The notes: generated by a model not told the origin, from the sequence alone. A DNA stretch of 53,276 nucleotides from Minisyncoccota bacterium (GCA_036405895.1 DASWWS010000001.1:310468-363743), one strand, 5' to 3'. Counted from the first letter of the stretch, positions 26,894 to 34,370 are shown. Translations and numbers: made by a program.

Positions 26894-27144
26894 ACGTTCT
26901 TTTTTTGTTAAGTTTGTTTGGGAGGATGCTACCACAAAGAAAAAGACCTGTCCAAAAATGGAGCAGGTCTCGGAGTAGTCAAACTAAACAATGAAAAATT
27001 ATATAGTGGATGCTGAAGTGTAAAACAAGTCAGCAGTGGAAAGAACGGGAAGAACAAAGGGTGATGGGAGAAGTAGTAAACTATTTCTCCTAAAACCTGA
27101 GTGTAGTGCTTTGTAAACAAAGAACTACACTAGTAGTATATACC

Positions 27145-28119
27145 TTATTGCGCCGCAGTCAATCCTTCAATGTACGCTTCTCGCTCTTCTTGCCGCTCCA
27201 TAATTGTGTCGAGGTACGAGTCCACAATGCCATCCATTTCGCTTTTTGTTATATCAGTTGCATCCGCGTCTTCAGGGAGCAATTTCCATGGAGCAGTCTT
27301 TCCAAATCCGTACTGCCCAAATATCACCACCGGCGTTCCGTGCGCATAGCGCGACTGCTCGTTCTCTGTCAGAATCCATTGGTCTGCCCAGTCGTAGAGC
27401 CACATAGCGTCGTCCATAAGCATGCGCACGCATGAGTGGCTTGCAGGATAGCCCGGCATTTCGTATTGGTGAAAGCCCACACCCTCTGTATTGTCGAGAT
27501 TAAAGTTGAATTTCAATATCCATTCGTCATCAAAACTACTCTTCACCTCCTTCCCCTTCCAGTTCGTTGAAAAAAGCTTGCTTGGAGTTTGTGTGGACTG
27601 TTTCCCTGTGCTCACCGGCCCCCATCGCACGAGCTTTCCAGACTCATACACGCCAAATGCCTGGACGCGCTGAGAGATGAGCAATAGTTTTTTCACTTCA
27701 GAGAGCTCTGGTACTTCGAGCGGAAACGGCGAACGCGTTGCACTGTCAAACGACACTGGTATCACGATCTTTGCCCCTGCCTTAATATGAGCTGCATCAA
27801 TGCGGTTTGTCTGAAGCACGGCAGTCACATTCTCCGCACCCACGAGCTTCTCTAATTCAGTCTGTGCATTCGCGCTCTTCATTGTATGGAAATAATATTC
27901 CTGACCCTCTGTCGGGCCTTCAGGAGCTTTTTCAGGCACCACCAAAGGCGCGCTTGGCGGCGTTGCAGGCTCCGGCACTGTGGGAGTCTCTTCGGCAGAC
28001 GGCGGAATGATTCCGACCTCTGTTTCTTTGGTCTTCATCCCAAACACGCTAAAGGCTACAATACCAACAGCAATAAGCGCTCCGGCCACTATTAGTATTG
28101 TTTTCTGCTTCTCTGTCAT
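27145..28119 (-). CDS. L,D-transpeptidase (YkuD family), membrane-anchored
   Basis: TM anchor ILIVAGALIAVGIVAFSVF, a Pro-rich linker, and the catalytic motif GFHQYEMPGYPASHSCVRM. Confidence 0.8.
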   Translation of the reverse strand: MTEKQKTILIVAGALIAVGIVAFSVFGMKTKETEVGIIPPSAEETPTVPEPATPPSAPLVVPEKAPEGPTEGQEYYFHTMKSANAQTELEKLVGAENVTAVLQTNRIDAAHIKAGAKIVIPVSFDSATRSPFPLEVPELSEVKKLLLISQRVQAFGVYESGKLVRWGPVSTGKQSTQTPSKLFSTNWKGKEVKSSFDDEWILKFNFNLDNTEGVGFHQYEMPGYPASHSCVRMLMDDAMWLYDWADQWILTENEQSRYAHGTPVVIFGQYGFGKTAPWKLLPEDADATDITKSEMDGIVDSYLDTIMERQEEREAYIEGLTAAQ

Positions 28120-28167
28120 AACTATAGTATATATGACGAACGAGAGTTTGGTTTGTTACGTTAAATT

Positions 28168-28197
28168 AAAAAACCACCCATACATGGGTGGTTTTAT
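28168..28197 (-). terminator. Terminator after the ATP-grasp gene
   Basis: aaaccaccca taca tgggtggttt with A/T flanks. Confidence 0.75.
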
Positions 28198-28211
28198 TGT
28201 TAGTGTGGATA

Positions 28212-29231
28212 TTATGCAATCCGCTGGGCAACTTCTTCAGCAATTTTATCCTGAATTCCGTAGTCCAACTGGCTGGTAAACCCAACACAGGAACAGTTCA
28301 TTTCACCCAAAACATAGGTGTCATTACCGTCAGCATCAGTATCAAGAATGAAGTCTGCAGTCCAGATAAGCGGAGTATCAAGTCCTCCAAGCTTTTCTCG
28401 CATCACAGGGATGCTCTTGTTGAACGCTTCCATGAGGGCTGGGTATGCATCAGGCTTCTGATAATCATACTTTGCACCTGATCCAAGTGTTGCAGAGAAC
28501 TCTCCTTCTTGTGGCTTTTTGTGAACCACGAAAATTGGCTCTTTTCCAACAAGAACAATACGCACCTCTCCTTCTGCAATGCGCGGAAGAAATGGCATAT
28601 CAACAAGCATCCCGTTTTCGCCAACAAGATATTGGTTGCAGAATGAAAGAAATTCTCCCAATGGATGCTCTTCTGTGTGGTTGTCTACTGCTTCAGTAGC
28701 TTCAATCACTGTATCCATAGTTACTTCAGCCCCAGGCTCTTTTACTTTTACAAGCCAGATACCGCTTCCTTGTGAACCGCGATTTTGCTTAAGAACACGA
28801 GGTTTGATTGCTAAAAGCTTTGGAAAGCTTTCTACCAACTCTTCCTGTGTGTAATACGCAACAGTGTCAGTTGGAACAATAGCTGTTCCTGCGAGTTTTG
28901 AAACCGCATCCTTTGCGCCATAGCTGAGCATCACCTTTGGACTTGCCAATACAACAACTCCTTTATCTTCAAGTGCCTGAAGAAAAGCAAAGTATTTCGC
29001 TTCGCCACCCGGAATGTTTCCAGGGTTTACACGAGAAATAACAGCTGCTGCATCGCTCAATTCAGCGATAAGAGTTTCAGCTTCTTCATTTGTATAGAAA
29101 CTAACGCTTGCTGAAAAGCCCTTAGCGGTGAGCGACTGTACGATCGGCATTGTATCTTTGCGATAACCTTCTGCGTCACGGAGTTTTTCATCTCCTGTTC
29201 TAACTTCAATAACTACAACTTTCTTGTTCAT
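28212..29231 (-). CDS. ATP-grasp-fold protein (Cj0069-like)
   Basis: 339-aa ORF. RVLKQNRGSQGSGIWLVK and EGEVRIVLVGKEPIFVVHKKP...YVLGEMNCSCVGF fit the ATP-grasp central and C-terminal pattern. The substrate is unknown. Confidence 0.55.
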   Translation of the reverse strand: MNKKVVVIEVRTGDEKLRDAEGYRKDTMPIVQSLTAKGFSASVSFYTNEEAETLIAELSDAAAVISRVNPGNIPGGEAKYFAFLQALEDKGVVVLASPKVMLSYGAKDAVSKLAGTAIVPTDTVAYYTQEELVESFPKLLAIKPRVLKQNRGSQGSGIWLVKVKEPGAEVTMDTVIEATEAVDNHTEEHPLGEFLSFCNQYLVGENGMLVDMPFLPRIAEGEVRIVLVGKEPIFVVHKKPQEGEFSATLGSGAKYDYQKPDAYPALMEAFNKSIPVMREKLGGLDTPLIWTADFILDTDADGNDTYVLGEMNCSCVGFTSQLDYGIQDKIAEEVAQRIA

Positions 29232-29435
29232 AGAATTTTTTTAAATGTGTACAATTAATTTTTGATAATCCTATAGATATATTGCTATTTGTCAAACAAT
29301 ACCAATCCTCTAGAACGACGATTATAGCATACTCAAAACTTCTTCTAAAAAGGACCCCGGGAGCGGTGTCCTCATTTACTTTACTTTTAAAGAAAAAGTG
29401 GTAAAGTGAGAAAAACGTTCATTAACCCGGCCCGT

Positions 29436-29894
29436 ATGAAAAAAATACTTTTTTTGGCGCTCATTGCGACAATCGCTGCTTCGGCGGCACACGCCCAACA
29501 AGATACGGTCGTTTCGTACAACCGCATCATATTTCCTGAAAATCCCAGAGACACCTCTGAGGTCATCGTGCGAGGCATAAGCCCTTCCTACGACAATAAG
29601 ACATTTCGCTGCTTGATTGAGTACAAAACAAAGTACGCATCCGAACAGCGCTTTGCGCACATCGTGTTCACCCTGGTCAACGCCGAGAACGAACTTATTC
29701 GAAGGCTTGTTATCAGAAGGTCCTTCAAGGGGCAAACGAGTGGATTTTGGGACATTTCTTTTAACTCCCCCATTCCCCCGCATGAAATTTTTCTCGGCGT
29801 GCAAGTTCGAGAAGGAGAAGATGCCCTTGCTTCAAAAAAAGAGGATCTTATCGGCCGCGCAATCAAGCTCTACAATCACAAGATTGCGCCCTAA
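29436..29894 (+). CDS. Secreted hypothetical protein
   Basis: Signal peptide MKKILFLALIATIAASAAHAQQ. The track ORF starts at a GTG at 29406. Confidence 0.55.
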   Translation: MKKILFLALIATIAASAAHAQQDTVVSYNRIIFPENPRDTSEVIVRGISPSYDNKTFRCLIEYKTKYASEQRFAHIVFTLVNAENELIRRLVIRRSFKGQTSGFWDISFNSPIPPHEIFLGVQVREGEDALASKKEDLIGRAIKLYNHKIAP

Positions 29895-29906
29895 CAAAAA
29901 AACATA

Positions 29907-29932
29907 AAAGCAGTTCATACGAACTGCTTTTT
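29907..29932. terminator. Bidirectional terminator
   Basis: aaaagcagttc ata cgaactgcttttt, sitting between convergent genes. Confidence 0.75.
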
Positions 29933-29933
29933 A

Positions 29934-30140
29934 TTATTCCGGGGGCCTGTACGGATAGTCATTGCAAAAGTGGCAATACAGACGATAGAGATCAACGAAA
30001 ACAAATACCAAGAGCGGGGTCAGCATGGACGTCACTATCAGCTGGGATTCATACCGTAGCGGGATGAATGCATGAAGAGTGTATACAGCAAGGAACACTG
30101 TCCAAGGGGTCACCCATACAGGAACGCGGTTCTTTTTCAT
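29934..30140 (-). CDS. Small two-TM hypothetical membrane protein
   Basis: 68 aa with WTVFLAVYTLHAFIPL and MLTPLLVFVFVDLY. It ends at the bidirectional terminator. Confidence 0.45.
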   Translation of the reverse strand: MKKNRVPVWVTPWTVFLAVYTLHAFIPLRYESQLIVTSMLTPLLVFVFVDLYRLYCHFCNDYPYRPPE

Positions 30141-30260
30141 ATCATGAGAGTTATTTAGTACAGTATCTTTGAAATACCTGGCGCTGTCAAAGCTTTATCT
30201 TTATTGACTTTTATAAAAAATAAGGCAATATCAAGAAAAACTTCATTTAAATTACTGAAC

Positions 30261-30968
30261 ATGACCTTAGACAATATGACCAAAGAGCTTCTTGACGATA
30301 TGTATAAGGAGCACGATGTACTGATGAAGAGCATTCAACAAATTTTGTGGGATGATAATCAAAAGGATAAGCACCCACTTTATTACAACAGCACCACTCA
30401 TCATTTTCTGTACGAACATGCCTGGGAAATACTCTTCCCTGTCCCCCAAGAAGAATGGTTTACGAATCTGCAAAACCTCGGACGATACAATGCCGAACTG
30501 CCGTGGCCGCAGTATGCCACCTATCAATATTGTATGGATGTGATACTCCCGCCGGAAATTCCAGCAAGCTCGCTGTGTTTCGGATATGCAGTTCTCGAAG
30601 ACGGCTCGGTCAAAAAAACCTCTTTCTTCGCCTGGATGCAAATGGTTAAGTATCAAGAAATGCCGCAAGGTATTGTCATGGACCCTCTCGCAAAGATCCA
30701 TTCTATTCCTGTGAAATATTACATAGGGGCTGAAATTGAGAGAGTGGACATCGAGCAATTCATTCTTAAGCGCGCGCCAGGCCATCCGCTTGAAAGCTAC
30801 GTGGAGCGCCGAAGCAAAAAAGAGCATGAAGAAAGATTGCACAACTCATACATGGAGTCTTATTGGCTTCAAATGCAGTATGAGCCGCACTATCTGCCGC
30901 GCGCATTGCAAGAATTTGCAAAAAAGGAAGGGCTTCCTTTTCCCGAAGACCAAAGGAGCACTGTCTAA
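30261..30968 (+). CDS. Hypothetical protein (orphan)
   Basis: 235 aa from ATG at 30261. The track start at 30204 is the TTG of a TTGACT -35 box. No motif recognised. Confidence 0.55.
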   Translation: MTLDNMTKELLDDMYKEHDVLMKSIQQILWDDNQKDKHPLYYNSTTHHFLYEHAWEILFPVPQEEWFTNLQNLGRYNAELPWPQYATYQYCMDVILPPEIPASSLCFGYAVLEDGSVKKTSFFAWMQMVKYQEMPQGIVMDPLAKIHSIPVKYYIGAEIERVDIEQFILKRAPGHPLESYVERRSKKEHEERLHNSYMESYWLQMQYEPHYLPRALQEFAKKEGLPFPEDQRSTV

Positions 30969-30975
30969 CATTCTG

Positions 30976-31001
30976 AACACCCGACTACTCGGGTGTTTTT
31001 T
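30976..31001 (+). terminator. Intrinsic terminator
   Basis: aacacccga ctac tcgggtgtt followed by tttt. Confidence 0.75.
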
Positions 31002-31015
31002 AATTCTTCCTTATA

Positions 31016-31044
31016 TTGACTTTTATAGATTTATGTGCTATTAT
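31016..31044 (+). promoter_or_regulatory. Sigma-70-type promoter with an extended -10
   Basis: TTGACT (31016-31021), a 17-nt spacer ending in TGc, then TATTAT (31039-31044). The 15-mer tattgacttttata is repeated at 30202-30215. Confidence 0.55.
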
Positions 31045-31069
31045 TAAGACTACTAAAGCCCTTTGCAAC

Positions 31070-31255
31070 ATGAAAGAAATAGAAATAACTATCGCACACA
31101 GCATACAAACTGTCGCATCAGTAATCCATTTTAGCGAAAAAGGATTCACCGATTTAGCTCGCGACCTGTCCAATGCCAATCTGAAACGTTTCGGCGCAGA
31201 AGTATTGAGCATTGAGATGTTGCCTGATGTTGTTCTTGTCGGACAAGAAAACTAA
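31070..31255 (+). CDS. Small hypothetical protein (61 aa)
   Basis: ATG at 31070 (MKEIEITIAH...) lies downstream of the promoter. The track start at 31016 is the -35 TTG. Confidence 0.4.
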   Translation: MKEIEITIAHSIQTVASVIHFSEKGFTDLARDLSNANLKRFGAEVLSIEMLPDVVLVGQEN

Positions 31256-31355
31256 AAGTGTACTTACTAAGGCTTCCCTATTATTTAGAGGAAGTCTTTT
31301 TTATCTGTGACCCTTTGTAGTGAGTTTTGGAATAGCTTATTATATAGAAATAGAA

Positions 31356-31895
31356 TTAGTTACTAAAAATTTTCTTTAAAGTGTAATCACTATAACCTGC
31401 ACCGAGTGTTTCAATAACTTCAAACCCATGTTTTCTAAAAAATCTTATTCTGTCTGATAACGGCTCACCCATTCTACTCTCTTGTAAGTTACCCACAATG
31501 TATTTCACATTATTTTCTCTAGCGATTTCATCGACAATTTTCATTAATTGTCCACCTATTCCCCGTCTACGATATTTCTCACTAACGCGAATATCCATAA
31601 TATCTAAGACAAGAAATGTATTATTTTGATAACTAGCTGAAGAAATCCAAATTGAAAGATTGTTATTAAATTTATCTGAAATAATTATATCCCTGTAGCC
31701 CAAATAAGTATCGACAGAAATGTCAAAAAGAGGCATCTTCTTAAAAAAATAATTGTCATCTTCTTGAGTGCATCGGAAATGAATATTAGAAAGGTATACA
31801 TTTGCTTCCATTGTTATTTTTCTGGAGAAAATATTAAAATACTTACTCTGAAATGACATAGGGTATCGTTTTTTTATAAAGATATCTTCTAACAT
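31356..31895 (-). CDS. GNAT-family N-acetyltransferase
   Basis: Acetyl-CoA motif A: VSEKYRRRGIGGQLMKIVDEIAREN. C-terminal FFRKHGFEV. AT-rich. Confidence 0.7.
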   Translation of the reverse strand: MLEDIFIKKRYPMSFQSKYFNIFSRKITMEANVYLSNIHFRCTQEDDNYFFKKMPLFDISVDTYLGYRDIIISDKFNNNLSIWISSASYQNNTFLVLDIMDIRVSEKYRRRGIGGQLMKIVDEIARENNVKYIVGNLQESRMGEPLSDRIRFFRKHGFEVIETLGAGYSDYTLKKIFSN

Positions 31896-31901
31896 ACATT
31901 A

Positions 31902-32687
31902 TTAAAAACGATCTGACTGAGAATATTTTTGAGCAAAAAATTTACCCTTATCAGTCAAAGATATAGTTTTACCATTACTTATTTTTATTAAGTTATTTGT
32001 ATCAGCAAAAACTAAAACGTCTTTATCAATCTCAAAATCATAGTTTCTAGAATAAGAAAGTGACATTGCTGATTCTACTCTTATTTTTCCTTCATGAATA
32101 TATATTGAATCTAAAATCTGAGTAAATTTACTAAAAATAGAACTGCTGATAAAATTTTTAAATTCTTCTTCCCATAAAATCTCAGGATTCTCATTTCCTG
32201 CTTTTTTATTCTGTTTAGCCTTTTCTGTTTTTTCTTTTATTAAGTTTGTTTGCTGCTTAATTAACTTTTCCTCTTCCTTTACTTTTTTTGTAGTCTCCTG
32301 TATCTCAATTACTTTTAATGCGATTTGATTTTTAAGGCTCTTTCTATAAAACTCTCTCGTAATATATGGAGAGATCCAAAAAAGTATTAAAGTTGATATA
32401 AAAGGAAAAATCCAAAAATGAAGCCAGTAGCTTACCTCATTAAGCTTTAAGAATAGTTCGTTAGATAAATACTCTATTCTCAGCAATCCAAATTTTTCAA
32501 ACACCTTTTCCTGATCAACGAAAAAAGCGGCGTATATTATTTTCCAGTTAATAACACACCAAGAAATTAAAAAGTATCCATAAAACGGAGAAGTTATTCT
32601 ATCTTTAAGTGCCATGTCGGCTGATACTACAATCTCATTAGTACCACCAAAAAAGTCTTTTAAGGTATCTGCGAATTTTGAAAACAT
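31902..32687 (-). CDS. Hypothetical membrane protein with a Lys/Glu coiled-coil and a C-terminal globular domain
   Basis: Two TM helices (FYGYFLISWCVINWKIIYAAFFV, WLHFWIFPFISTLILFWISPYI). K/E-rich helix (IQETTKKVKEEEKLIKQQTNLIKEKTEKAKQNKK). There is a 6-nt gap to the GNAT gene. Very AT-rich. Confidence 0.6.
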   Translation of the reverse strand: MFSKFADTLKDFFGGTNEIVVSADMALKDRITSPFYGYFLISWCVINWKIIYAAFFVDQEKVFEKFGLLRIEYLSNELFLKLNEVSYWLHFWIFPFISTLILFWISPYITREFYRKSLKNQIALKVIEIQETTKKVKEEEKLIKQQTNLIKEKTEKAKQNKKAGNENPEILWEEEFKNFISSSIFSKFTQILDSIYIHEGKIRVESAMSLSYSRNYDFEIDKDVLVFADTNNLIKISNGKTISLTDKGKFFAQKYSQSDRF

Positions 32688-32745
32688 GATACTTTTAGTT
32701 TATGTCAATTTTTTATAAAAGGCTATGTTTTTAGGGAATTTAGAG

Positions 32746-32751
32746 TAGAAT
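32746..32751 (+). promoter_or_regulatory. -10 box (TAGAAT) placed 6 nt upstream of the ATG of the 89-aa gene; leaderless-type start
   Basis: Sequence reads tagaat tctatt ATG. Confidence 0.4.
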
Positions 32752-32757
32752 TCTATT

Positions 32758-33027
32758 ATGGTATATCTAGTGACTTATGATTTAAATAAGCTCGGTAAAG
32801 ATTATACAAACCTTTACGCCGCCCTAAAGCGCTATGACTACATTAAAGACGTAGGCCTTGATTCGGTGTGGTTTGTCTCAACTACATGGACTGCTGCCCA
32901 GATTTATGAACATTTACGCCATTATATAGATGTGAATGATAGATTGGTTATAACTAAAATGAATAAAGGTGAACATCAAGGTTGGATGCACAAAGATATA
33001 TGGATATGGATAAATAGTAGAATTTAA
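32758..33027 (+). CDS. Small protein with a Cas2/VapD-like ferredoxin-fold pattern (predicted)
   Basis: 89 aa. VYLVTYDL (b1, terminal Asp), NLYAALKRY (a1), DSVWFV (b2/3), AAQIYEHLRHYI (a2), DRLVITKM (b4). The next gene starts 2 nt after its stop. Confidence 0.55.
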   Translation: MVYLVTYDLNKLGKDYTNLYAALKRYDYIKDVGLDSVWFVSTTWTAAQIYEHLRHYIDVNDRLVITKMNKGEHQGWMHKDIWIWINSRI

Positions 33028-33029
33028 TT

Positions 33030-33968
33030 ATGAAGAAAGATTTTCCTGAATACTATCCATTAACAAAATTGCAAAAAGAAAAACTATGGGATAGTGCTAT
33101 TTTTGTTTTTGACGCTAGTCTACTCTTAGACCTTTATTGCTATTCAGAAAATACTCGTAATGATTTTTTAGATATTTTAGAAAAAATGAGCTCTCAAATC
33201 TGGCTACCCCATCAATTTGCTTATGAGTATCAAAAGAACCGGTTAAAAATAATTCAACAACAAAAAAGAGCTTATGCAGATATTCGACAAAAGTTACAAT
33301 CTAATTTTGAATTTACATTAAAAAATATCAAAGATAGACACCCTTTTTTAAATATAGATAATATCATTAAAAAAATTAAGGCGGGTATTGATGATGCAAT
33401 TAAGGAAATAAACGACGCCGAAAAAAAACATCCTAACTGGTCTTCAAACGACACAGTGAGACGTCGACTTGATATAATTTTTAAAGATAAAATTGGAGAA
33501 CCTTGTAAGGATATAGAAGAGATGGAGCGACAAGGAGCTAAACGTAATTCTAGAGAAGTTCCACCAGGATTTGAGGACCAGAAAAAAGACCGTAATAAAT
33601 ATGGCGATTGGTTTGGATGGCATCAAATTATGGAGATGGCAGAAAAAAATAAGAAGTCTATAGTCCTTGTTACTAGTGAAAAAAAGAGAGATTGGTGGCT
33701 TAAAATTGAAGATGAAATAATTGAACCTCTCCCAGAATTACGGAAAGAAATTTCTATAAGGGGTGCACAATTTCATATGTATGACATGGAGACTTTTTTA
33801 CAGGCAGCTAAGGCAAAAAAATCTACTTTGAAAGAGATTCAGGAAATAAATAAGACTGTAAAAAATCTTGGTACTAGTGATACTGAAACAGATTCACAAT
33901 TAAATGATCATGCCATTACGCAAATGGGAATAGGGTCTATTGAAGCCGGTGAACAAACAGAAACATAA
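33030..33968 (+). CDS. PIN-like domain (DUF4935-type) predicted nuclease
   Basis: FVFDASLLLDLYCYS, IWLPHQFAYEYQKNR, VPPGFEDQKKDRNKYGDWFGWHQIMEMA and IVLVTSEKKRDWW match the PIN-like signature blocks as I recall them. Confidence 0.65.
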   Translation: MKKDFPEYYPLTKLQKEKLWDSAIFVFDASLLLDLYCYSENTRNDFLDILEKMSSQIWLPHQFAYEYQKNRLKIIQQQKRAYADIRQKLQSNFEFTLKNIKDRHPFLNIDNIIKKIKAGIDDAIKEINDAEKKHPNWSSNDTVRRRLDIIFKDKIGEPCKDIEEMERQGAKRNSREVPPGFEDQKKDRNKYGDWFGWHQIMEMAEKNKKSIVLVTSEKKRDWWLKIEDEIIEPLPELRKEISIRGAQFHMYDMETFLQAAKAKKSTLKEIQEINKTVKNLGTSDTETDSQLNDHAITQMGIGSIEAGEQTET

Positions 33969-34055
33969 AAACGATCCTTGTGGAGTGTTTTTATATATGG
34001 CCTCATGGGGATGTTAACCCTATACTCACTCTTTGGAAACCCAAAACATGATGGA

Positions 34056-34160
34056 ATCGGTCACGAGTTACTAAGTGTTCTCCTGTGCAAGGCACAGTGC
34101 GAGCACTAAGTACTCTCGACCCCGGCTCGGTTGCCTGTCGGCATACCTGCGCCTTTCGCT
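34056..34160 (-). repeat. GC-rich conserved element, copy A (downstream of tRNA-Glu, same orientation as the tRNA)
   Basis: 34103-34160 is the reverse complement of 35084-35141 with 2 mismatches in 58. 34056-34078 is the exact reverse complement of 35161-35183. The segments between differ but each can form a small hairpin. Confidence 0.85.
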
Positions 34161-34192
34161 TCCCCGCCGCGAGCAAAGCAGTTTGCTCGCTT

Positions 34193-34244
34193 GGGGTCAC
34201 ATGTAAAAAACGCCTCTTGCGAAGCGTTTTTTACATGTGACCCC
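34193..34244 (-). terminator. Perfect 21-bp hairpin with a 10-nt loop that incorporates the tRNA-Glu 3' acceptor strand
   Basis: ggggtcacatgtaaaaaacgc / gcgttttttacatgtgacccc. The inner aaaaaacgc...gcgtttttt part is terminator-like in both directions. Confidence 0.7.
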
Positions 34245-34309
34245 ACGGGGAATCGAACCCCGATTAACGGCTTGAAAAGCCGGCGTCCTAACCGTTAGAC
34301 GATGGGGCC
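34238..34309 (-). tRNA. tRNA-Glu (anticodon UUC)
   Basis: The reverse complement GGCCCCATCGTCTAACGGTTAGGACGCCGGCTTTTCAAGCCGTTAATCGGGGTTCGATTCCCCGTGGGGTCA folds as a cloverleaf. It has a 7-bp acceptor stem and a GGGG-TTCGATT-CCCC T arm. The anticodon loop is TTTTCAA. CCA is not encoded. Confidence 0.85.
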
Positions 34310-34370
34310 AGTAATGGCCATCCCTACCCTAAAGTAAGTGAGCACAGTATAACCCAAGTTATAAAAAAGT

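Noticed and set aside
32758-33027. A genuine CRISPR-Cas locus, implied by the Cas2-like fold
   Set aside because: No cas1, no other cas genes and no repeat-spacer array occur anywhere in the window. The similarity is only a fold-pattern inference.
34003-34200. Track ORF 34003..34200 (-) and ORF 35005..35301 (-) as protein genes
   Set aside because: They cover the two copies of the GC-rich repeat element but read them in opposite senses. The conserved sequence therefore cannot be a conserved peptide, and both ORFs also run through terminator hairpins.
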